A stretch of 64,000 nt of DNA from a virus (Duplodnaviria; Caudoviricetes): positions 1 to 64,000 of IMG/VR virus record IMGVR_UViG_3300033069_000690. The stretch is one strand, 5' to 3'. The notes below the pieces were generated by a model. It ran no database searches. It was not told where the DNA came from and was given only the letters and a program-made list of their open reading frames with translations. Shown here piece after piece: positions 58,301-64,000 of the stretch. The first letter of the stretch is position 1. Every line of letters begins with the position of its first letter. The position numbers and the translations under genes are program-made.

Positions 58301-60986
58301 AGTCATCATCATTAATAGCTTGGTTTGTTTCCTTAGCTACTTCGTTTAAATAGTGGTCATGTACGAACTCAGCCTCTACCTCATTACGAGTTCTTGATTG
58401 AGCTACATGTGGAGCAGTAATTTTATCTGTATTATCTCTCACATCACTATCTACTTTATCTAAGCGAGTGATATTATTTTTAATCTCTTGGAGCTTATCA
58501 GCATATTCAGTCTCATTCTCTCCACGAGCTTGTTTCATTAACTGATCTAACTCATCAACTGTATTAGCTTCTGAGGATTCTCCTATACTATCTTGAATGT
58601 CCTTAACCTTATTAAGTTCTCCTCTACGGCGATCCTCAATACGGTTATGGATTTCAGTAACATCATCTTCTTCTAACTTAGCATCAGCCGTACGAACATA
58701 AGCCACAACATCTAAGATGTCATGACCTAATGCTAACATACGTTTAGCCATGTTTGTTTTCTCACGTTGTCTAAGTAAAGAAGTAGAGTAGATATCTGCA
58801 AGGTGATCTGCTCCAGCTGTCTCTCCTATACCGCGAGTCATCTCTCCGATTCCTTGCTTATAAGCTAGTACATTCTTCTGAGCTTCTGTACCTTCCTTCC
58901 ATATCTTTTCGTTAGCCTTACGTTCTCTAGTGAACTCCCCACTAGCAATTTTCTTATTCTCTTCTAGTAACCTAGATATCTGTCTTTGTTTGAGTGCAGT
59001 AAATATCTCGAAGTCATCGTAGATCTCGTTTAAAGATTGCTTAGTCTTTTCAGGATCTAATAATTCTTTAAACAATTTAGTACGTCTACGTTCCTTTCTT
59101 TCCTTTTCTCTAACACTATCGTTGAGAGGATCTTCAGCATTCTTAATAGAAGTAGGTGATGATGTTCTTCCTAACTCATCTGCTTCAGATGCCATGTTAG
59201 CAGCTGTAGCTTCGAATAGTTGTGACTCTAACTCATTCACCATTAAACTATTTCTGATAGCTTGTTTCCTATCATTCCTTGATATACCACGGAAGTCAAA
59301 TAACTCTAACACACCACCTAGGTAGTTAGCATCATCTATCTTCTCATACTCTTTCTTAGCGGCTTTAAACCTAGCAATCTCCTGTGCAGCTGTTTGAGGT
59401 GTGAACCCATTAGTTCCCATCTCTCCCATCTTCCTTACATGATCTACGAAGTAATCTTCCTTACCCTTATTTAGGATGTCCTCATACACACCATACTTGT
59501 ATTGCATGTAATCAAACTCATTACCTAAACTAGATGCAGAACCTAATAGGTTACCTGCTTTATGGTATCCATAGAAGTCACTTACTATTGAGATAGGATG
59601 CATGAATGATAAAGCCCCAGTAGCAATAGCACCAGCATTAACTGATGATCTAAACTCTGAATCTGCATATAGGTTTCTATCTCCTTTATAGAACATAGCT
59701 TTCTCTACTTCCCAACGATCTTCACCTACTTGTCTAGACACATCAAGACCAGGTAAATTAGTTTCTTTAGACCAGTCTATACCTTTTACATTATCTTTAA
59801 ATCTAGGTTTGTTTCCTAATACACCATCTAAGTATTGTTGAGTAAATAAGAACTGACTACCTTCTTCATTCATCTCTGAATTGAGAGTTAACCCCATAGT
59901 ACCAGCCTTCATAGCTGTACGTGCCCAACGGTTACCCATGCCAATAGTCTCAGCTAATTTAGTATAAGGGGTTACTGCTAATCCTACCTCTAACATATCT
60001 CCATACATTAGGGCCATGTTCTTAGCACGTAATCTATCCATACCCTCATCAGCTTTTAAACGCATTTGACGTAAAGCTTTCTGATGCTCAGGCTTTTGTA
60101 GATCCTCTTGTGTAAGCTGGTTCTGTTCCATGTACTTACCTATCTGAGTTTGGTATGCCTCATTCCAAGCATCTCCCATCTCAGACTTTGTTTCAAGATC
60201 TCTAGACTTCCATGTAGCAGCTAACTCTCCAAGAGTAAATCCTATTGTAGTAGCAGCTTGGTATTGCTTAGGAATAGGTAAAGCAGAACTTGCAGCCATA
60301 CGTTCTAAAGCTTTTTTAGCAACCCATGGAGCTATGATCTGTGTCATTTGTATACCAAGCATACTAGCACTACTACCTACATCTGTACCAGCTTCATACT
60401 TTAAGTAATCAGCAATATTAGTATTAGGTTCCTGTGCATAGATTTGTTGCATGATCTTATCTGGTAAGTCGAGATTACGTTTAGCCATCTCTTCTACACC
60501 TCCACCAATCATTCCTGTTAAACCGCTACCATGTTTTATTTCCTCCTCTAATCTATTCTTCTCAGCTAGAGAGTCAGCAATATACTTTTCTTTCTTAGCT
60601 AATGTTAACTCTAACTTCTTACTAAGCATATCAGTAAGATATTGATTGTTTGAGTCTTGAGCAACTTGCAATTGCGAACGAACGTCATCTGCATAGTTAT
60701 CAAACTCATCTACCTTCTTATCTATCTGACGTATCTGATGTTGGGTAGAGCTTACACCTGCTTGAGCCATAGCATTAAGGAAACTGTTTACAGTAATACC
60801 ATTACCGTAACTGGTTTGCATTAAGTTAGGACTTAAGGAAAGCTTAGGGTCATTGTGTAATAGTACAGGAGTATCTGTAACTCCCTTTAAGAAATTCTGC
60901 TCTGATGCAAAACTACTTGATGGGGCTATTCCCTGTAAGGCTTGGAATCTTTCTGTGAATGATGTAGGATTATTTCCTTCTGGCAT
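46380..60986 (-). CDS. giant crAss-like virion RNA polymerase with SF1 helicase and zincin domains
   Basis: RIPTTG...HGSDFDVD (D3890-D3894, 49305-49319); GFAGSGKT at 1223, LDEAG, LGDPSQ, EAQS.T and YVATSRA; HEAFH at 2398. Confidence 0.9.
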   Translation of the reverse strand: MPEGNNPTSFTERFQALQGIAPSSSFASEQNFLKGVTDTPVLLHNDPKLSLSPNLMQTSYGNGITVNSFLNAMAQAGVSSTQHQIRQIDKKVDEFDNYADDVRSQLQVAQDSNNQYLTDMLSKKLELTLAKKEKYIADSLAEKNRLEEEIKHGSGLTGMIGGGVEEMAKRNLDLPDKIMQQIYAQEPNTNIADYLKYEAGTDVGSSASMLGIQMTQIIAPWVAKKALERMAASSALPIPKQYQAATTIGFTLGELAATWKSRDLETKSEMGDAWNEAYQTQIGKYMEQNQLTQEDLQKPEHQKALRQMRLKADEGMDRLRAKNMALMYGDMLEVGLAVTPYTKLAETIGMGNRWARTAMKAGTMGLTLNSEMNEEGSQFLFTQQYLDGVLGNKPRFKDNVKGIDWSKETNLPGLDVSRQVGEDRWEVEKAMFYKGDRNLYADSEFRSSVNAGAIATGALSFMHPISIVSDFYGYHKAGNLLGSASSLGNEFDYMQYKYGVYEDILNKGKEDYFVDHVRKMGEMGTNGFTPQTAAQEIARFKAAKKEYEKIDDANYLGGVLELFDFRGISRNDRKQAIRNSLMVNELESQLFEATAANMASEADELGRTSSPTSIKNAEDPLNDSVREKERKERRRTKLFKELLDPEKTKQSLNEIYDDFEIFTALKQRQISRLLEENKKIASGEFTRERKANEKIWKEGTEAQKNVLAYKQGIGEMTRGIGETAGADHLADIYSTSLLRQREKTNMAKRMLALGHDILDVVAYVRTADAKLEEDDVTEIHNRIEDRRRGELNKVKDIQDSIGESSEANTVDELDQLMKQARGENETEYADKLQEIKNNITRLDKVDSDVRDNTDKITAPHVAQSRTRNEVEAEFVHDHYLNEVAKETNQAINDDDYLATSNLSYLEKRLKWLENVLNDHKHLQTTSDKSFKNVRETINELKEKLTEAQEAVKKRIADKDLAQQKSYTTSTQAIANQMGISYEPSENINQVLGNNLGMFSDDLVEKIIEELRKLLVQDANGVYYLEHGYALGALESMINNTSDKKALTDKINEELKTTYNSMMLDVVEFLRATSSTQTDGVSNNGIVGYLSNPKRFFSKVLMAIYPEIAFDGKSIISDYRKSTDLSVLIKGLEKIVQTEGRFEGVDEGQQIAFFDHLLNTHQDMVALSALRNRVESKFNTITHLQNEIAAFKSFNLIPTKQQIIALRQLVDWFYSGQQNASLVGFAGSGKTQVAIKLLFKVLNITKDNVIALAPTKSANNTLLNSIGETTGIDEENPIQKFLATDEAELAKKDLIILDEAGLVTADTLTKINEKIAKVNALRSEPIKLLMLGDPSQITRGDTISFTESTSLVNTFMIDPLTVTYRTDDVDIISLQKEFKGKGEIPDAVAMYSMTDRDNHSFGTTGVQTAEQLITLMEKSKNNGRTKLLIVNNDQVAEAMRTQLTKLGITDVKVFNYLEAQSHTVDEAYILLEPIGDLAAAPGSLNNGKVDFTRFNEAMYVATSRATSFVAVASNNIRFTNSSKNLLPNEVRNAPTQEEIDAFVKTLEDQLEALKKAEFGLTPNPSQASAQSQATPTTTTEDETDTEITEDADEEVREENKEEINESIKEESIVEESLPIDIQGSVHNIRYPQSYATKQSKDDAPMLKQGDEVLYVRTRYDLPNGNVAFGVTILKINSDGTITKVGVIGKNEVNSADVHQLPDFLKERLNDPEWDTETFTELEETTVFKGVTTTKVKIAIHPDAILGRARVNTIKNKRLNWGALTNFAEFLKSKRNDLIVKYLMKGNSNTKGESWDLAIYTAKEVRDRGFNPKVVKPGIAYYVQHIQHVSGNTETIHVPLSRRRINKGTDANFLAPLQKFLGDVKELQSILEKITIGGNPIIMGGLDFVEDFDYTTKDGQTFQRTQSEVFTHFLNTGSKVHDDIMAKLSDAKEDTAKVLDLIKAIREAVYESITGNEIGLDETKAPVNVDESNGAYLSKYLITGTKGSRKVVEGNKTIDGKKYTEHPNYPGYFLIEKTDGSQVWRKVFDYNNLHVKIDMPKEGGPANYDIHVKELVDDQGRVYKNFKKSGSLITRGQVTNADINPTDFMIDFISNNMVLNSRASGPAEKTFNRIAQANSSFFNTKTGERQFIRVNKRKPDSGREYFTGISLLAALGAKDIQDWVNTGKRGRLPAYAHKDNKGNITHHTSLPLTTETLEMMIGDQAFTSEGESNVNDGFGLRMPTNMDEIRMPNKDDAERRNTWEAMAEEFETDLESIEPTEIILDQATPSEVPGYTSEEEPAQRASEDTVNDSVINIDDEHIDNNSSNTDDDEDINGYDLAEEVVSVEDLGPAVSRDTIIKAATKIFGEKFASNPENIVFLTREDMIRRFGGSRWGRYERGIIYLQTNDDGTIYSRILRHEAFHRVAKTYLTAQEYSSMLETARDIMGDQFSPDREIEEWLARQYQAFNQDMNFVAKALHKFFIYLRSIISFKYKQMKQLNELFEAIDEGVYNFDKNAQLNGEGAADLVQIKEWFGTRGQEYGDHVDNFNKATEAILKAIRVKIWPPITNKDGSFRGVDVRVREVKATKDGKEVKATTTDLFNVPLTIEEAEDAVRQDFIDQMLQLTREGKEVPAWLSKLLTYNGKLDVFKEVYRSLVISSGNKLTMEEEEMLQDPSLRDEILDTNQLDFSSSLLENVKNLLSTLFVTKEVPVLNSKGEPMISKSGLPITKTEVIHHIPRSVVFMLAKQMLVGTDFSSEYFLKQLAYNADQIGGKNNIQAQAVFNFLSEMYTLAFSSRRYEFISKEGKKEIRGISPLIKMTNNKLLIFNENGDIIHRYSKVSMRDGRKQDTGKFIYQAAKQLKAHPVMIGKESTADMSNEQLYNLLLVTYRKGHAADFIAGLRSGIGSLITRDPFVGITRLENEDGETDENTNPIYRMYHRYIKNRAIGAQESVDDRIKESVIKVVESNYETRKDKADAVLSIIGNKDMRSVNKVQSIFKLLDVKNFSQFFGTENQGEVILASLKNIFQLVKNNDLSTNGKKDELLNDINGYVGAIVDIIATTRNFGGNTSYITGDKQRNYMFVTGSWLTRIHEYLTKVRESRGGAFQMPDFLRKENLGYKFFKHNPYLKIGLGRLIEHDSHKTQLRINGVTHSDDSISTKYKNEQTIGWVTRMFSYGFEAMLNTKNLKEGKYIQFCYTLSNKPKIYGHEIPISSHSATDAHIIAALTQQIERREWMDSLASHPVETNGRKYADGMKIAGDKEQATLRFFDGLPDKEIAEKLKTDQGRKQLLNMVKNRFNHDANEAFFYLDSNKAFSTREHGEDIEHNSPTLMAALIRKLETYELINDGAYKNYEEQFKSQLKKRDIEYPQYKYHQMLHTYIAVQEFYKLNYVNGHFINQFYTGDIGQYKHNADLTKRASGPVSPGQLGVANDVIGMPTEIAIMVADDDSHYFNKWNDFAKGLEGIYGIDYKLTDAQMFYLPKWRNHLEAGYSHFYQLGDVIKPVLYFIDKFGISRFSKNAGIELTPALQEMFPELKELAQEMEKNNIMELHMASAFKVGRPARTLKNGETISQHLESNKDHNGVVIVPTKHYSIQSNPRSTEGEITNFSQLTYFINVNGQNADVAKAIYEIDGLLTNLSFDKFKKRLNYVKNPDGTFTYNEKEVRRLIIESISDVPGSERFAELLGAKENNEYVVPLNFPALVGKVHISFMSSASKKSIKAVHGRGSKLVLQTPKGVGVHRVGGQVLTYKQLSEAQKKMVDKFYTLPHSVQRGLRAKFGAYALNNNFTTWEENKKFIRDYSQLTDAEKEMVDDINDESVYMVPTKLLMKSDVNSYTGRVAEVIAPAWWLNMKGYKDGEIVYPDFLTKLQYAVRIPTTGIHSAIPFKVVASTNSSSNIIIAPEELVALHGSDFDVDSLFAVRTEILFKKEGGIKRLLTLKNPDGTIVVEPGQRLGWPHGFEIDNFEQMNMIQGSTDTELKFNEFDKQLTTYKELMKKYEDLMNSKDIDRDIKKEYTANYKLAYEAYEGTLKNKKAYAMIYMLLHDRNEKDMGQPISFDPIKKDFFDLDLELYHPSKSIKVYGKDGSVTPEFIDLMKQDSPDIEIVQKFKEWGITAENISKVIAIDPEANTFKITNKEIKNNIFKDNSIGVITKLKLIYGRADMNETRNPNNLLDQLKTYNDNFAGVALTGAFANFVKALAYVNYVSQGSHMVDKEGKAVTLKLNEGYNSISKTEKSKGFTGRKVWEVLDTLINGAIDNVKEQALEIINATNQTGPTIALMVGLGVPLNDITLFMRQPVLVRDLVSLRGKQRTKWVTEEAKKFTKKELRSPLTTEDLILALEESTKVGNEYSKLSHKAKLTQVKVFREFNKLQPVVDAMSNAASVANLTKDFEVTFEEGQQMIDKINKSKEYTGFANGSFMSLPQFSSAEDAFITSFDLVNNAVDIYNPKLISKLANLITSYMKKTAYTEDGIETENIDSTIRREFTRYLITSASNSSEIDAIWKQPLEIKNGDKSFYVTGADAWIQHFGKVINDLASNSEYAHNAFLEKLTAVKSKGLYRIKWNAGTNLNDSTVSAQLKHDLSLLPPFFIEQLVKYSALENGHEYGLKSFSQLLDPLDIAEQAKTYNALLKSFIKDGPLFDKIKDHFAISFALNNPSQIAKHQGQQERYLPAIKWLSVKNMTTYGITNPHEADFILDYNDVKYEDKKSKEEKTIKYAKPPVFLRTTNKVNGKESLAVKIKDEGKVAYYRTITRVNKKSRGYDANLSYLTTGYYINDHFNLPHEILGVPPTEAGNPELTYKLDKVSPHQLLKVGDTVFVHDYTDFYNNNLEYYEVTEVKQGGKEEITRYGETYTNLKDVTYTLKKQEKSKVNFSDEENAQIQDIIKNNTGC

Positions 60987-60987
60987 G

Positions 60988-61635
60988 TTAATTGTCTAAG
61001 TATTTGGCAAATGTTGTAAGGTAATCGAATACTGTACTGTTCTTTGGCAGTACACCTTTATTATGTTTCTTAATGAATTGATTTAAAACATGTTGTGCTG
61101 CTCCATGTGCTGTTGTAACATCTAGGTTAGCATCATGTAGTTTACTCTTAAAGGTACTTAAATATACCTTAGCACCCCCCACTCCTTGGAAGTGGACTAG
61201 TGCTGTTAATAAGTCGTCTTCAATGAAATTATATTGTTGTTTCAGCTTAGCTACAATAGGTTTATAATCTGTATTAAATACATACTCTGCATATTGTTCT
61301 TGAGCTTGTGGTGAATTTAAAAACTCATTTTTAGTTTTAACCCCAGTTACTTCTTGGATACGTTTCCAATGCCCACTAGTTTTACCATCTTTCCTATTTA
61401 AATCTCTAATAGGATCTCCATAAAGAAATTGAAATTTACCAGCAGCTGTAGAATTAGGATTAGTAGCTTTGTAAGGATCTGGTACGTTAGACTCTACCCT
61501 ACCAATAGCTTTAGAAAACTTTTTAAACTCTGTACCAGCGTCACTTACCGTTTCCTTCGTATCCCCATTGAGTTGCTGGTTGTTGCTCCCTGGGGCTGAT
61601 AGGGGTTTGAGGTAGTAGTACCGTCTAATAATGCT
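60988..61635 (-). CDS. lysozyme/transglycosylase-like domain in a 215-codon frame without a usable start codon (probably a -1 frameshift extension of the upstream gene)
   Basis: Manual translation gives AIGRVES...YKATNPNSTAAGKFQFL...FLNSPQAQE...HFQGVGGA with no Met; the ORF track captures only the last 64 aa; the stop lies 1 nt before the RNAP ATG. Confidence 0.8.
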   Translation of the reverse strand, partial: SIIRRYYYLKPLSAPGSNNQQLNGDTKETVSDAGTEFKKFSKAIGRVESNVPDPYKATNPNSTAAGKFQFLYGDPIRDLNRKDGKTSGHWKRIQEVTGVKTKNEFLNSPQAQEQYAEYVFNTDYKPIVAKLKQQYNFIEDDLLTALVHFQGVGGAKVYLSTFKSKLHDANLDVTTAHGAAQHVLNQFIKKHNKGVLPKNSTVFDYLTTFAKYLDN

Positions 61636-63854
61636 TTAAAGGTATCTTTAGAATAAAGACGTCCTCCTGCATAGTTTTCTAATGCTTGTTGGAATGTTAC
61701 CAAGTCTTTAGCCGTTTCCTTATTAGGATGTTGTGTGTAAGCATTTACTAAAGTACTAAAGGCTTGTGATGCAGATGTTCTAATATCTTTATCTATACTA
61801 TTAGTATTAAGAATAAAGTTATTTATACCTGTAACAAAGTTTGTAGCTAGTTTAGGGTTATCAACTATTCTAGTAGTAAGCTCATCAAGATTCTCTTGAG
61901 CCCTATTAGCTGCGTAGTTCTGTTCCCATGGTCCTAAGTTCTTTCCTAATAAAGCATCACTTCCTGCCATATCCCTATTGTACCTAGATACTGTAGCGGG
62001 ATTATTCATTGGTACTTCTATACTTGTAGGGATAGTAATATATTTTTGTTCATCACCTTTAGTATTTACAACAATAGGTTCTATATCTAATATACCAGCA
62101 GCTTTCATACGTTCTACAACCCTATTTATCTCATTAGATTCATATGCCCAAGAAGGCCATATAGCTCCTACATCCAATCTCTGATCATAAGCTCCTATAT
62201 CTGTATTACCAGCAGCTTCTAAAGCATTCTGAATTGTAGTGTAACCTTCTTCAGTAGCAGGTATCATGATCTTACCTTTAATAAATTTACGATCTCCTAT
62301 GTTATAAGTATTATCCGCCCCAACAAATGGTTGCCATGTTGCTGAAGACATTCCTATTAAATTCTTACCTAATTGAACTGTTTGATTCTTAGCTAGATCC
62401 ATTTGAGCTTTATCATAATCTGTTACTAGTTTAGTTAATCCCTCAGTAGTAGAAATATCTATCCCAGCTTTTAGTGCTTCTCTTTGCACAGCTAAGAAAC
62501 TTGGGTCTTCTTTAAATTGAGACAATTGAGATTTTATATCTGCTAGTATAGAAGCTTCTCCCTTATGTAAATCTGTAGATCTCTTAGCAGCATCACCTGC
62601 TACAGCGGTAGCAAATTTACCTGGCGTTAATCCTGAAGTAACATTTCCAACAATATCTCCAAACATAACCTCTGGTTTATACCCAGGAGTTTTTCTTAAT
62701 TCTCCTAAAGCTTTAAGAGATCTCCCTAAAGAACTATTCGTATTAGCTATTGATTCATAGATAGAAGCAGTTACACCCATTTCTGGTGAACTATATTCAG
62801 CTATAGTAGCAGGAGAATTAAATGTAGCTTTAGGGTCAATACTAACTCCAGTAAAGGCATGTAACCTATCATCCCATTGGCTCATATCTAAACCAACAGA
62901 AGATACGATCTCCTTAATGCTAACTGATTTAGACTTTTTAAATACTGCAAAAGGTTCTACTACTTTATCAGAATCAGCTCCTGGTCCTTTAGGATTACCT
63001 GATGGCCCAGCTAATTTGCTACTATCCATTGTTAATTGTTTTGCTCCTCTAAACATAATCATTGCTTTAGCCTGATCCATATTAGAGAGCTCCTCGAACT
63101 TCTTACCACCAAATGTCTGAACAAATCCAGGAGTATCTTTTAAGATGTCATCTGGTCTTATTCCTTTATAGTCTCCTTGCCATTGAGCGAAGACAGGTAA
63201 AGTCATTAGTCCTAATGCTTGTGTTTTTCCTAAGTTTTGTAACCCAGCAAAATCTCTACCATCTACTGTAATAGTAGAAGTTTTTCCATCAGCTCCTACT
63301 ACCTCTCTAGTTTGTAATTGAGTTTTTTCCCAATCATCTATTAAAGGTTTAATAACAGGTTCTAAACTTGTTCGTGACTTATAATTTAATTGGCTGTAGT
63401 CAGTATTCTTCTCAGAGTCCCAGTTGTAAGTATCAGGACCACTAACATACTCATTAGTAGCAGACCATGTAGCATTTCCCTCATTCTTCATCTTCTCTGT
63501 AAGAGCAGTAGTATGTAATGTGTAAGCATCGTTGTATTTATTTAAACGAGGCTGTATCCTATTTACTAATCCGTTAGCCCTAACACTTAATTGTTCTGCT
63601 GTCATAGAAGGATCGCTAACTAGTTTAGATAACTCATTATTAAACTCTTCCCTGATGGCTGGTAAGTGCACACGCTCATCTACTGAGCCGCTAATAGCTT
63701 TAGCTTTAGAGAAGACATCATTAAAGTTCTCTTGTGCTGTACCCACAGCTTTATCCCAACGTTGTTGTTTCATATCCGCAGCTTTCATTACCAAGTCATA
63801 TGGTAAGATAGGTGGGTTGTATTGCGGTATATGTTCGTACCTATTGATTCCCAT
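61545..63854 (-). CDS. virion cargo (ejection) protein
   Basis: 769 aa, directly upstream of the vRNAP gene; N-terminal YNPPILPYDLVMKAA followed by a coiled coil, typical of crAss-like cargo proteins. Confidence 0.75.
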   Translation of the reverse strand: MGINRYEHIPQYNPPILPYDLVMKAADMKQQRWDKAVGTAQENFNDVFSKAKAISGSVDERVHLPAIREEFNNELSKLVSDPSMTAEQLSVRANGLVNRIQPRLNKYNDAYTLHTTALTEKMKNEGNATWSATNEYVSGPDTYNWDSEKNTDYSQLNYKSRTSLEPVIKPLIDDWEKTQLQTREVVGADGKTSTITVDGRDFAGLQNLGKTQALGLMTLPVFAQWQGDYKGIRPDDILKDTPGFVQTFGGKKFEELSNMDQAKAMIMFRGAKQLTMDSSKLAGPSGNPKGPGADSDKVVEPFAVFKKSKSVSIKEIVSSVGLDMSQWDDRLHAFTGVSIDPKATFNSPATIAEYSSPEMGVTASIYESIANTNSSLGRSLKALGELRKTPGYKPEVMFGDIVGNVTSGLTPGKFATAVAGDAAKRSTDLHKGEASILADIKSQLSQFKEDPSFLAVQREALKAGIDISTTEGLTKLVTDYDKAQMDLAKNQTVQLGKNLIGMSSATWQPFVGADNTYNIGDRKFIKGKIMIPATEEGYTTIQNALEAAGNTDIGAYDQRLDVGAIWPSWAYESNEINRVVERMKAAGILDIEPIVVNTKGDEQKYITIPTSIEVPMNNPATVSRYNRDMAGSDALLGKNLGPWEQNYAANRAQENLDELTTRIVDNPKLATNFVTGINNFILNTNSIDKDIRTSASQAFSTLVNAYTQHPNKETAKDLVTFQQALENYAGGRLYSKDTFKALLDGTTTSNPYQPQGATTSNSMGIRRKR
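61602..61608 (-). promoter_or_regulatory. predicted -1 ribosomal frameshift heptamer A_AAC_CCC with a downstream stem
   Basis: X_XXY_YYZ in frame (codons N750-P751), 6-nt spacer, then a CCCCA/TGGGG stem (61595-61591 / 61567-61563). Confidence 0.55.
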
Positions 63855-63858
63855 TATT

Positions 63859-64000
63859 TTACTCTTTGCCTCCTTTCTTATATCCTCTTGGATACGCTTT
63901 CTTCATGTAGTTATTAATGTAATCTTTTTGTAATCCGAATGCTCCTATCTTTCCGATATCCTCAAAGCCTGAATTGATGTAATCAGTTTTCATAGCTTTG
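63859..64000 (-). CDS. 3' end of a structural/cargo gene (partial, ends YPRGYKKGGKE*)
   Basis: Open frame from the window edge to TAA at 63861-63859, 4 nt before the next ATG. Confidence 0.7.
   Translation of the reverse strand, partial: KAMKTDYINSGFEDIGKIGAFGLQKDYINNYMKKAYPRGYKKGGKE

Noticed and set aside
1-64000. Alternative genetic code (TAG=Gln or TGA=Trp) as in some crAss-like phages
   Set aside because: Long genes are intact under code 11, TAG and TGA terminate genes at tight junctions, and there is no suppressor tRNA.
1-64000. CRISPR array, integrase or DGR reverse transcriptase
   Set aside because: No regularly spaced repeats (only isolated 17-23-bp pairs) and no recombinase or YADD/RT motifs.

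Overview
The window is part of a lytic, AT-rich, crAss-like (Crassvirales-related) phage genome using the standard genetic code. The host is probably a Bacteroidetes/Flavobacteriia: gene starts are A-rich without Shine-Dalgarno motifs, and there is a TTTG-N20-TAnnTTTG promoter. On the + strand, 1-16.9 kb is an early/accessory region with small membrane proteins, a SAM methyltransferase, a tmRNA with a 28-aa tag, two non-canonical tRNA-like genes, several long intergenic tracts densely packed with stems and GNRA tetraloops (candidate large ncRNAs at 333-1019, 1790-2230 and 5690-6129), an acyl-carrier-protein fusion, and a Prs-like plus Nampt-like NAD+ rebuilding pair (NARP1-like). From 17 to 40.2 kb on the + strand lie the replication genes (PolA, DnaB, AAA/Sak4-like ATPase, SSB, primase, endonuclease, 5'-3' exonuclease, class II RNR) and a five-gene phiEco32-type amide-ligase cluster (ATP-grasp, COOH-NH2 ligase, two class II GATases, amidoligase). 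After convergent terminators at about 40.2 kb, the - strand carries giant virion cargo genes: a 2030-aa polyvalent protein (GNAT, two ART-like, zincin, PD-(D/E)xK), a 4868-aa virion RNA polymerase (DFDVD) with an SF1 helicase and a zincin, and a 769-aa cargo protein. The 769-aa gene is followed by a lysozyme-like frame with no usable start codon that is reachable by a -1 frameshift at A_AAC_CCC. The most promising leads are the large structured RNAs, the predicted frameshift and the phage ACP. All family assignments come from recognising motifs by eye; no database searches were run.
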